DNA of 64,000 nucleotides from Candidatus Bathyarchaeia archaeon (GTDB lineage Archaea; Thermoproteota; Bathyarchaeia; 40CM-2-53-6). Below are positions 47,512-56,517 of this stretch, piece by piece. The notes under the pieces were generated by a model. It made no database searches. It saw nothing but the letters and a program-made list of their open reading frames with translations, and was not told the DNA's origin. The position numbers and the translations under genes are program-made. Every line of letters starts with the position of its first letter. Positions within the stretch are counted from its first letter, which is position 1. Location of the stretch: positions 736,001 through 800,000 of the forward strand of contig JBEKFP010000001.1 in NCBI GenBank assembly GCA_050013255.1, read 5' to 3'.

Positions 47512-48084
47512 ATGAGTTCAAAAGCATCAGCGCTTGCGAATCCTGCGCCACTCGGTTTGATGGGCTTTGGAATGACAACGGTCCTGCTCAACCTCCACAA
47601 CATGGGCTTCTTCGGAATCAGCAGCATCGTTGTGGCGATGGGGATCTTCTACGGCGGCCTCGCGCAGATAGTGGCGGGTGCGATGGAGTTCCGGAAGGGA
47701 AACACCTTCGGAACCTTAGCCTTCACTTCCTACGGGCTTTTCTGGTTGACGCTCGTCTTCATAATAATCTCCGGCGCTGAACGGCCGCTCTTTGCACCAG
47801 ACAACGCTGCTTGGGCGGCGTACTTGTTCATGTGGGGCCTCTTCACAATGGGAATGTTCTTCGGAACCCTCAAAACCAACCGCGCGCTTCAGACAGTATT
47901 CCTTTCGCTCGCAATACTCTTCTTCCTACTCACTGCGGCGCAGGCAATCCCACAGCTTGGCCTAATCGCTGGAATCGAAGGAGTTTTTTGCGGCTTCAGC
48001 GCATTCTACCTATCACTCGCGGAGGTCCTGAACGAAGCCCACAACCGTACAGTCCTACCCATTGGACCCATGAAATCCGCCTGA
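47512..48084 (+). CDS. satP: Acetate uptake transporter (GPR1/FUN34/YaaH)
   Basis: [33 protein letters not shown]. Confidence 0.93.
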   Translation: MSSKASALANPAPLGLMGFGMTTVLLNLHNMGFFGISSIVVAMGIFYGGLAQIVAGAMEFRKGNTFGTLAFTSYGLFWLTLVFIIISGAERPLFAPDNAAWAAYLFMWGLFTMGMFFGTLKTNRALQTVFLSLAILFFLLTAAQAIPQLGLIAGIEGVFCGFSAFYLSLAEVLNEAHNRTVLPIGPMKSA

Positions 48085-48287
48085 GTTGCGCATAGGCGAA
48101 AAAAGAGACGAAAAACGCGTAAGCCTATTCACTTTTCATAACCAGTTTTGCCTCGCTATGAAAAGTCTGTCAAAAAGCCTCGACTCAACTCCCGTTTTCA
48201 AGTGGGCGTGTATTTCTCGGCGAGTTACGGAAAACCTATTCTGTACTGGGGGAGTTATTGTAGAGTATTCGGTGCGGACTGACTCCT

Positions 48288-50594
48288 TTGACTGAAAATG
48301 GGAGCCACGCAGGTTTCGAGAAATCTTCCATTGGACGCGAAGGAGGCCGACGTGACCCCTTCTCAACCATGCGAATTTTTGAGAAGCTTGGACGCGGCCC
48401 AACCAACCTGCCAGCGCAACCTACACCTCTAGTCGATCGTGAGAAGGAGTTCATGGCGGTGCGGGGGCTACTTCAAAGTGAGACTCGGCTCGTAACATTG
48501 ACGGGGCCAGGTGGAACTGGAAAAACACGCCTCGCCTTGGAAATTGCGTCAACGCTAGTCGACAATTTCCCGGGCGGAGTCTTTCTCATCCCCCTAGCTC
48601 CAATTACTGATCCAGGCCTAGTTCCTTCGGAAATAGCATCAACGCTGGGGGTTACCGAAAAAGGAGGACAATCGATTGGGGAGACCATCAAGGAATTCTT
48701 GAGAGACAAAGCAATGCTCCTGGTTCTTGACAACTTCGAGCAAGTAGTCTCAGCCGCGCCCATCGCAGCTGAACTCCTGCACGAATGCCCGAAACTGAAG
48801 ATTCTGGTGACAAGCCGGACACCCCTGCGGATTCGGGGCGAACATGAATTGCTAGTGCATCCGCTCGCGCTGCCGGAACCGGAGAAATCCGCGTCCGTGG
48901 ACGTGCTACTAAGTTCGCCATCCGTAACGCTGTTCGTTCAACGAGCTAAAGCGGTAAGGCCTGAATTCGAATTAACCCCAGAGAATGCGCGTACCGTGGC
49001 GGAAGTCTGCATCCGAGTCGACGGCCTACCTCTGGCCCTGGAGTTAGCGGCCGTTCGAATCCGAATAATGTCGCCTGAAATCATACTCAAACGTTTGGAG
49101 AAGCGTCTTGGGTTGCTGACGGGTGGGGCGCAGGATCTACCCGCCAGGCAAAGGACGCTGCGCGATACCATCGCTTGGAGTTATGATTTGTTCGACCCTA
49201 TTGCCAAGAAGGTTTTCCGCCGTGTATCCGTGTTCGTTGGGGGATTTTCGTTGGACGCTGCTCAATCAGTCTGCGGCACCTTTCCGGATGGGGATGTTGA
49301 TGCGCTGGATTCCCTTTCGAAGCTTGTTGAAGGAAATCTGGTGTATCGCGTAGATGCTGGAGGTGAGATGCGCTTCGGGATGCTGGAAACAATCCGCGAG
49401 TTTGCCTTGGAATCATTGGAGACAGCAGGTGAGTCAGGAAAGGCGCTTGAAGCCTATTCCAACTTCTTCCTAAAATTCGCTGAGAAAGCTGAACCGGAGT
49501 TGAGAAGGCCTGATCAAGCCGAATGGTTGACGCAAATTGACCGTGATCATGATAATCTGCGCGCGGTGATTCGCTGGTCAATTGAAAACGGCAATGTTGA
49601 CCTGAGCCTTCGTCTTGCTTCTCTTCTATGGCGGTTCTGGTACATCCGCGGACACTGGACTGAGGGGCGCGTATGGATTGCAAGAACCATCGATAAGTCC
49701 GGGTCAACCCAAAGTGTGGCGCGCGCAAAAGCACTCTTTGGAAATGGGGTGCTAGCATCTGTTCAAGATGACTTTCCTGCCGCACATTCTCTTTTGGATC
49801 GCAGTCTAGCTTTGTTTCGGGAACTAGGGGACAAAGAAGGGATCGCCTTCGCTTTGAACAGCTTGGCGATTGTTGCACGAAACGAGGGGGATCTTTCGGG
49901 GGGCATGAAACTGCAGGAGGACAGCTTGGCTCTGATGCGGGAAATAGGAAACAAATGGGGCATCGCTCTGGTTCTCATGAATATGGGAGTTGGGCTGCGC
50001 GCTCAAGGTGACCATGCGAAAGCGGCTAAACTCCACGAACAGAGCTTGCAGTTGTTCAGAGAGTTAGGAGATAAGCGGTACATCGCACGCATGCTCATCA
50101 ACCTCGGAATAGACTCGAGGGATAAAGGAGATCTCAAACAATCGCGCCGACTACTTACTGAAAGTCTGTCTCTTTCCCGTGAAATGGGAGAGAAGATCGG
50201 GATTGCAGAATCCCTCCTTTACCTAGGCAGCGTTGCGAAAAGACAAGGAGAATACAGTTCAGCAGTCGAGCTTCTTCGTGAATCCTTGGCGGTATATTAT
50301 GAACTTGGAGACAAGGAAGGCATCGCAACATGTTTCGACGAATATGCGAGTTGCGATTGCGCACGAGGAGCAGTGGAGCACGCAACTAGGCTTATGGGAG
50401 CATGCGATGCACTTCGCGAATTTGCTCATGTACCTATCCCCCCAGCATACCGCGCAGACCATGAGCGTGATGTAACCCTCGCACGAACAAAACTGCGTCC
50501 TGAAGAATTTGATGTGGAATGGGCGAACGGGCGGGTAATGACACTAGAACAAGCAGTAAAGTTCGTTCTAGGGCTCGAATCCGAAAGAGTATGA
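48288..50594 (+). CDS. STAND NTPase (NB-ARC/COG3903-like) with winged helix and TPR repeats, no effector domain
   Basis: NLP.QPT...RE, GPGGTGKT, LLVLDNFEQ, TSR, DGLPLA.ELAA, MLETIREFA; ~6 TPRs of type L.LFRELGD..GIA. Confidence 0.9.
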   Translation: MTENGSHAGFEKSSIGREGGRRDPFSTMRIFEKLGRGPTNLPAQPTPLVDREKEFMAVRGLLQSETRLVTLTGPGGTGKTRLALEIASTLVDNFPGGVFLIPLAPITDPGLVPSEIASTLGVTEKGGQSIGETIKEFLRDKAMLLVLDNFEQVVSAAPIAAELLHECPKLKILVTSRTPLRIRGEHELLVHPLALPEPEKSASVDVLLSSPSVTLFVQRAKAVRPEFELTPENARTVAEVCIRVDGLPLALELAAVRIRIMSPEIILKRLEKRLGLLTGGAQDLPARQRTLRDTIAWSYDLFDPIAKKVFRRVSVFVGGFSLDAAQSVCGTFPDGDVDALDSLSKLVEGNLVYRVDAGGEMRFGMLETIREFALESLETAGESGKALEAYSNFFLKFAEKAEPELRRPDQAEWLTQIDRDHDNLRAVIRWSIENGNVDLSLRLASLLWRFWYIRGHWTEGRVWIARTIDKSGSTQSVARAKALFGNGVLASVQDDFPAAHSLLDRSLALFRELGDKEGIAFALNSLAIVARNEGDLSGGMKLQEDSLALMREIGNKWGIALVLMNMGVGLRAQGDHAKAAKLHEQSLQLFRELGDKRYIARMLINLGIDSRDKGDLKQSRRLLTESLSLSREMGEKIGIAESLLYLGSVAKRQGEYSSAVELLRESLAVYYELGDKEGIATCFDEYASCDCARGAVEHATRLMGACDALREFAHVPIPPAYRADHERDVTLARTKLRPEEFDVEWANGRVMTLEQAVKFVLGLESERV

Positions 50595-50668
50595 GATGTC
50601 CTCAAGCCTTGACAAAAACCTCGTAAAGACGATTTATCGCAAACCTTTTTTACAAAACTTCACGAAGA

Positions 50669-51019
50669 ATGCCTATGGAAAATGACGACGACATTCTGAA
50701 GGTTTGGGGGCTTTCCCATGCTTTCGGGAAAGACTGGAACACGTACTTCAGTTTGGTGACTTTGGACACTGGCAAAACACAGGAAATGTTCTTCAACCAC
50801 ATTAAGAACGCATTCAAGGCTGTAGAAAAGCACGTAACCAACAAAAACCTTCGAATCAACATCGTGGGCATAACGTTCGGCCACGCCGATGCGGTCATAG
50901 TGTGGCAGGCCAAAAATTCAGAGGCTGCAAAGGCATTCAGGGACGCTGTGCTGGCGGGCAATGGTCACCACAGCATCACCATGTGCTGTATTGCCAGCGA
51001 TGGTCACGGTCACAGCTGA
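50669..51019 (+). CDS. Small protein with divergent GYD/Lrp-like motif and Cys/His-rich C-terminus
   Basis: ITFGHADAVIVWQAKNSEAAKAF; ends GHHSITMCCIASDGHGHS. Confidence 0.6.
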   Translation: MPMENDDDILKVWGLSHAFGKDWNTYFSLVTLDTGKTQEMFFNHIKNAFKAVEKHVTNKNLRINIVGITFGHADAVIVWQAKNSEAAKAFRDAVLAGNGHHSITMCCIASDGHGHS

Positions 51020-51360
51020 AGGCAAGTCAAAAGCTCGGTTCCCCTAACTCCGACAGAAGGTAGACATGCAGTAGGCCTACCATTAGTGCTATCTCTGAAG
51101 CATCCGAGCTCCCAAGAGTTTTGCTGAAATTCAAACCTTAAACTCAGCCGCGAAGGCTGAGCACTTACCGCTCGCTCACCTTCTATGTCAAGTCACGTTG
51201 ATCCCATTTGTTTCGCATATGACACTATTTACCACATTCGTTTCGTGTCTGAGAGTTTCCCGTAAGGGGAGGCGTCATATGTAGAGGTATATGCTACATG
51301 TGCATGATAATTAAAAGACGACAATTCTATTTGCGAACCATACTTAGGAGTTGAAGAAGT

Positions 51361-52710
51361 CTGCAAACGCTTACGAAAGAACAGCTTCTCGAGAAAGCGA
51401 AGAAACCAGCCATCGACGCGATGAGGCTCCACCCCTTCTACCACGGAAAGATGGAGATCGTGCCAAAATGTTGCGTTCGTGATTTCAATGACTTCGCTAT
51501 ATGGTACACGCCTGGCGTCGCTGAACCTTGCAGGGCCATCCAGAAGGACGAGAAGCTCGTTTATGAATATACGAACAAGTGGAATATGATTGCGATAGTT
51601 ACTGATGGGACGCGTGTTCTAGGCCTAGGCGACATTGGGCCCAAGGCTGGGCTCCCCGTGATGGAAGGGAAGTCGATTCTCTTCAAATACCTCGGAGGCG
51701 TCGACGCTGTTCCAATCTGCCTGGGAACGAAGGACCCCGACGAGATCATAACGGCTGTGAAATGGCTTCAGCCCTCCTTCGGCGGCGTCAACCTCGAAGA
51801 CATCTCCCAACCCAAATGCTTCCGCATCCTCGACACGCTCAAAGCAACAGCCGAGATTCCAGTTTGGCACGATGACCAGCAGGGAACAGCGACTATAGTT
51901 CTGGCCGGCTTGATCAATGCTCTCGAATTGGTTGGGAAGAAAGCTAGCGATGTGACGGTTGCGATGGTTGGGGCCGGTGCGTCGAACGTTGCAAATAGCC
52001 GGTTGATGTTTTCTTACGGGATAAAACCAGGGAATACTATCGTCGTCGACACGAAGGGCATCCTGAACCAGGATAGGCAGGATCTCGCGATGCGTAAGGC
52101 CGAGTTTGTCGACAAGTGGCGGCTCTGCGAAACCACGAATAAGGAGCAACGGTCGGGTGGAATCCCTGAAGCCATGAAAGGCTCTGACGTTTGCATAGCC
52201 CTTTCCAAACCTGGGCCCGATACAATCAAGAAAGAATGGGTTGCATCAATGGCCAAGGATGCTGTTCTCTTTGCGTGCGCTAACCCCATCCCTGAAATTT
52301 GGCCGTGGGAGGCAAAAGAGGCGGGGGCTCGCGTGGTCGCAACTGGTAGGTCCGACTTTCCTAACCAAGTCAACAATTCCCTCGGCTTTCCAGGAATCTT
52401 CCGCGGGGCACTTGACGTACGGGCTAGGACGATAACAGATGAGATGTGCATCGCCGCAGCTAACGAGCTTGCGAAATGTGCACGTGAGAAAGGCCTCAGC
52501 GAAGACTACATCGCCCCAACAATGGATGAATGGGAGGTCTATCCAAGAGAAGCCGTCGCAGTCGCTCTCAAAGCGCAAGAAGTCGGAGTGGCCGGCCTGA
52601 AGTTGACAAGAACGCAACTACTCGAACAGGCAACGAGTATCATCAAGAGGTCAAGGGACATGACACAGACATCCATGAAACTAGGCTACATCCGGAAGGC
52701 GCCCGATTAA
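51361..52710 (+). CDS. NAD(P)-dependent malic enzyme; probable CTG start
   Basis: YTPGVA, DGTRVLGLGDIG, VMEGK, NLEDI, HDDQQGTA, GAGA, ANP.PE, ATGRSD.PNQVNN; in-frame extension to CTG 51361 behind AGGAG. Confidence 0.93.
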   Translation: MQTLTKEQLLEKAKKPAIDAMRLHPFYHGKMEIVPKCCVRDFNDFAIWYTPGVAEPCRAIQKDEKLVYEYTNKWNMIAIVTDGTRVLGLGDIGPKAGLPVMEGKSILFKYLGGVDAVPICLGTKDPDEIITAVKWLQPSFGGVNLEDISQPKCFRILDTLKATAEIPVWHDDQQGTATIVLAGLINALELVGKKASDVTVAMVGAGASNVANSRLMFSYGIKPGNTIVVDTKGILNQDRQDLAMRKAEFVDKWRLCETTNKEQRSGGIPEAMKGSDVCIALSKPGPDTIKKEWVASMAKDAVLFACANPIPEIWPWEAKEAGARVVATGRSDFPNQVNNSLGFPGIFRGALDVRARTITDEMCIAAANELAKCAREKGLSEDYIAPTMDEWEVYPREAVAVALKAQEVGVAGLKLTRTQLLEQATSIIKRSRDMTQTSMKLGYIRKAPD

Positions 52711-52725
52711 CGGAGGAGAATTAAT

Positions 52726-53661
52726 TTGAAGAAAGATGTATCAGAAAAAGAATACGACCTGTTGATCATCGGCGGCGGCCCAGCAGGCCTAACGGCAGCG
52801 GCATACGCGATTAGAAAAAGAATTGAAATAATGCTGATCAGCGAAGACCTTGGCGGGAAGACTAACTACAAGTTCTCCTTGCCTGACGTTGATACGCACT
52901 TCGTCATAGACGGTGAAGAGCTGGTTGGCAAGTTCAAGAGCCAGATAGAGTACTTGGACTTTGCACGATACCTTGACGAAGTCACGAAACTGGAGCGAAG
53001 AGAAAACAATTTCGTTGCAACCACGAGAGGCGGGAAGGCATTCAAAGGGAAATCTGCCATAATCGCCATAGGTGTAATGCCAAAGCGGCTCAACGTTCCC
53101 GGCGAAAAGGACTTCCTAGGTCGCGGGGTTAGCTACTCTGCCGTCAGCCACGCACCACTATTCATCGACATGGAAGTTGCCGTCGTTGGCGACGGACTAC
53201 CAGCTCTCCAAGCCACAGCTGAACTAGCAGAAATAGCCAAGAAGGTCAACGTGGTCGGCGTCCAAGCAAAGTATGTGGACACAGAGCTCGGAAAGAGACT
53301 AAAAAATTCAGGAAAAGTGCAATTCTTCACCGACTACGAGGTGAAGGAAATTCGTGGCAACTCATCCGTAGAGAATCTGCTGGTACGTTCCAAGGTTGAC
53401 AAGACGGAGAAAGTAATCGCTGTTAAGGGTGTTTTCGTCGAGTTGGGATACGTCCCTAACAAGGAGCTGTTCTCCAAACTGGTGAAGACAACTGCGGAAG
53501 GAAGGATCATGATTAGCGAAAACAACCAAACTAGCGTCCCAGGTCTTTTCGCAGCAGGAGACGTAACTGACGTAAACGCGCAACAAGTTGTCATAGCGAT
53601 CGGGGAAGGAGCGAACGCCGCACTCAGCGCCTACAATTACCTTCTCAGCCTAAAACGATAA
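52726..53661 (+). CDS. Thioredoxin-reductase-like FAD/NAD(P) oxidoreductase lacking CxxC
   Basis: IIGGGPAG, GRGVSYSAVSHAP (CxxC site replaced), FAAGDV. Confidence 0.85.
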   Translation: MKKDVSEKEYDLLIIGGGPAGLTAAAYAIRKRIEIMLISEDLGGKTNYKFSLPDVDTHFVIDGEELVGKFKSQIEYLDFARYLDEVTKLERRENNFVATTRGGKAFKGKSAIIAIGVMPKRLNVPGEKDFLGRGVSYSAVSHAPLFIDMEVAVVGDGLPALQATAELAEIAKKVNVVGVQAKYVDTELGKRLKNSGKVQFFTDYEVKEIRGNSSVENLLVRSKVDKTEKVIAVKGVFVELGYVPNKELFSKLVKTTAEGRIMISENNQTSVPGLFAAGDVTDVNAQQVVIAIGEGANAALSAYNYLLSLKR

Positions 53662-53678
53662 GTCCGTATGTTGAGACC

Positions 53679-53726
53679 TGCTCCACTTAGTGGAAAAGTG
53701 GAGCAATCTCCTTTTCTTATTTTCTC
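53679..53726 (+). terminator. Hairpin plus pyrimidine tract after the TrxB-like gene
   Basis: TGCTCCACTT(53679-88)/AAGTGGAGCA(53696-705) perfect 10-bp inverted repeat followed by TCTCCTTTTCTTATTTTCTC. Confidence 0.6.
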
Positions 53727-53897
53727 TCCAACCCAGTTTAATACCTAGAAAATGCTAAGCTTTGGGTTGGAAAGTGTGGTGAATGAAGTTGCGAAAGAAA
53801 CGTAAAGTGAAGATGCGGGTTCGACACAGCCAACCCGTGATAGGCCCCGACCCGGTTGAACAGGTCGCGTAGGTGTGCTCTAGACTAGGCTGGGAGC

Positions 53898-55319
53898 CTA
53901 GGATAGCCAGTCGCTGTGGAACTGCCCTGGCTTATCGATTCGTTCGTAGCCGTGTGCTCCGAAAAGGTCCCGCAGCGCCTGAATGAGATTGGCGGGCAAT
54001 CTCTCGCTCCTGTAACCGTCATAGTAGTCCAACGAGGCATCTAGGGCAGGAGTCGGAATCCCAGAAGTCTTCGCGGCCTTAATCGTATCGCGCCATTTCT
54101 TGTCAAGCTTGATTAGGGTTTCAGCGAGATCAGCGTTTAGCAGTAGGTTCTGTAAGTTTGAATTCGCCTGAAAGGCACTTCTAATCGTATCGAGGAGTTT
54201 GGCGCGGATTATGCATCCCCCCTTCCATATACGTGCCACTTCTCCGAACGGGATCCCATACTCATAGGCTTCCGAAGCAGCGCGCATCAAATGAAACCCT
54301 TGGGCGTAGGCCACGATTATTGAGGCCCGAACGGCACCCTCCAGCTTCTCCGAGAGGTTCCCGGGTGGTAAATTGGGCGCACCTTTTCTGCTTGTTTTTG
54401 ATATTTGCGCGGCCTTAACGCGTTCATCCTTTAGTGCTGAAAGGTTTCTCGCTGTGACTGCGGCGTCAATTGTGGGGGTTGGGATCCCTAGGTCCAAGGC
54501 GTTTTGCGAAGTCCATTTTCCAGTTCCCTTTTGTTGTGCTCGATCGAGGATTAGTGAGACTAGTGGGCGCTTGTTTTCGGCGTCATTTTTCTTGAGGACT
54601 TGGGTTGCAATTTCCATTAGGAAGGAGTTGAGTTCGCCTTCGCTCCATTCCTTGAAAACATTCCGTACTTGTTTGATGCTAAGGCGACCGGCTCTGGTTA
54701 GTAGGTCGTAAGCTTCAGCGATGGTTTGGATTATGGCGTATTCGATGCCGTTATGAATCATCTTTACGTAATGGCCTGCCCCTCTTGGGCCAAGGTATTG
54801 GCAGCATGGACCATCCGCATGCGCTGCTATTCGGCTTAACATCTCGCCAACATGTTCGTAACCTTCCTTTGGCCCCCCGACCATCACGCATGGACCCCTG
54901 AGCGCGCCTTCTTCACCTCCACTCACGCCTACCCCCAAGAAGTGGATTCCGTGCTTGCCTAATTCACCACATCTTCGTTCCGTGTCTTGAAAATGTGAAT
55001 TTCCACCATCCATCAACACATCCCCACGGTTGAGTAAACTTGTCAGGCTGCTGATGGTTGCGTCGACCGCCGGACCAGCTGTCAACATCAGGAAAACGCG
55101 CCGCGGTTGCGAGAGCGAGCCGATAAGATCTGGGAGAGTATAGGTTGGGTCGATTTCGGGGTGCTTGGCGGCGAAACCCCTCGTCTTCTCCTCGGTGCGG
55201 TTGTAGACGGCGACCGAATAGCCGTGGTTATGAAAGTTCAGCGCTAGGTTTTGTCCCATGACACCAAGGCCAATCAATCCTACGTCTTTGCCGCCCAACA
55301 CCCTCAGCTCAGGCTGCAT
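53898..55319 (-). CDS. gndA: 6-phosphogluconate dehydrogenase, decarboxylating, long (bacterial/eukaryotic) form
   Basis: GLGVMG, VYNRT, DGGNS, VSGGEEGA, VKMIHNGIEY, QKGTG.WT, GCIIRA, QA.RD.FGAH. Confidence 0.95.
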   Translation of the reverse strand: MQPELRVLGGKDVGLIGLGVMGQNLALNFHNHGYSVAVYNRTEEKTRGFAAKHPEIDPTYTLPDLIGSLSQPRRVFLMLTAGPAVDATISSLTSLLNRGDVLMDGGNSHFQDTERRCGELGKHGIHFLGVGVSGGEEGALRGPCVMVGGPKEGYEHVGEMLSRIAAHADGPCCQYLGPRGAGHYVKMIHNGIEYAIIQTIAEAYDLLTRAGRLSIKQVRNVFKEWSEGELNSFLMEIATQVLKKNDAENKRPLVSLILDRAQQKGTGKWTSQNALDLGIPTPTIDAAVTARNLSALKDERVKAAQISKTSRKGAPNLPPGNLSEKLEGAVRASIIVAYAQGFHLMRAASEAYEYGIPFGEVARIWKGGCIIRAKLLDTIRSAFQANSNLQNLLLNADLAETLIKLDKKWRDTIKAAKTSGIPTPALDASLDYYDGYRSERLPANLIQALRDLFGAHGYERIDKPGQFHSDWLS

Positions 55320-55343
55320 TATGCGTTAGGCTTCAAAAAGAGT

Positions 55344-56513
55344 TCAGCTTCGCCGCTTAGCTCGCTTACGGCCACGATGGCGCCGGCGCCCTGCCGGTTT
55401 GTTGGTCCTTCTGCGTACCATGAGGTAAGCTAAGGCAAAGATGATCACGACTCCTGTCAAGATGAGCGCTGGTTCAGAGTAATCTGTCTGCCAAACTGCA
55501 GTGATCGTATGGGGCTGGTTCATGGATATGGTTCCCGTGGTGGAGCTTGTAAGTAGCTGACCGTTCTCGTACCAGCCTTGAAACTTCATCTTGCCTCCCA
55601 AATTTCCGAGGAGGCCGGCTATGGGCTCGGTCGGTGCGACTGAGAATGTTGCTGTTTCTCCCTCGTTGTACCACCCTGCCCCTATGGAAGTTGCCTGGGG
55701 GCCGGCTATTGTGAGTAAGTTTTGCGTCAGGTAGGTAACGGTGATGTTTGCGTCGCTAGTTATGAAAATGGTTCTATTCGTGTCAGTCGAGCCGTCAGGC
55801 CAATGGTCGAACATCAACCTAGTTGCTGGGTCGACTTGGACGAGAGCGGGTACCGAAATGTTGTGTTCGCCCAATGCAACTCCGACTAGGGCTGGACCTG
55901 GGGGTTGTTGCACTCCGTCAACGGAAACGGCTACGGGGGCTGGAACCGTCACCTTCAACGCTACGGGCGTCAACTGGATACCGAAGAGAACAGTACTCGT
56001 CGTTTTCGGGATCAGATTGCGGGTGGGATCGAGGAGCGCCGTTGTCATGTTCAAATTCCATGTTCCAGGTCCGCGTTTCCCGCCGAGGATTCCACCAATC
56101 TTGAAGTCCAAGTGTTCTGCACCCGATGCTGTATTGATGCCAGTAACACAGAACGCGGCGAGCACAGGTGGGTTTAGGCATGAGTCAGGCGAAGAGGTTG
56201 CAATTCCCGGTGTAATTTCCTGAGGAGTCGTGTCTTGGTCGGTTATCAACGTGACTAGATAATTCCCCGGAGTCGTATTATTGTAGAAGACGATTGCCGT
56301 GACTTCTATGGGGCCTTGGCCGCCGGCAACCGCGTGGCTTGGGTTCACGACTTCATAGATTCTTGTGGTCTGCGCGTAAACGTTGGGAAATGCAAGAATA
56401 AGAGAAGTTACGAGCAAGCAGACTAGCAATGCATGAGCATTTTTCAACTTGAGGCCTACCGAAGGAAGTTTTGTCGCAAGGGCCGGTTCCGGAAGAAAAC
56501 CCTTGTGGTGCAC
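55344..56513 (-). CDS. Secreted, C-terminally anchored surface protein with InlB-B-repeat-like modules
   Basis: Signal ending VYA|Q; FDHW.DG and GAGWY..G...FQGWY...ITAVW modules; TM plus very basic tail. Confidence 0.75.
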   Translation of the reverse strand: MHHKGFLPEPALATKLPSVGLKLKNAHALLVCLLVTSLILAFPNVYAQTTRIYEVVNPSHAVAGGQGPIEVTAIVFYNNTTPGNYLVTLITDQDTTPQEITPGIATSSPDSCLNPPVLAAFCVTGINTASGAEHLDFKIGGILGGKRGPGTWNLNMTTALLDPTRNLIPKTTSTVLFGIQLTPVALKVTVPAPVAVSVDGVQQPPGPALVGVALGEHNISVPALVQVDPATRLMFDHWPDGSTDTNRTIFITSDANITVTYLTQNLLTIAGPQATSIGAGWYNEGETATFSVAPTEPIAGLLGNLGGKMKFQGWYENGQLLTSSTTGTISMNQPHTITAVWQTDYSEPALILTGVVIIFALAYLMVRRRTNKPAGRRRHRGRKRAKRRS

Positions 56514-56517
56514 TTGT

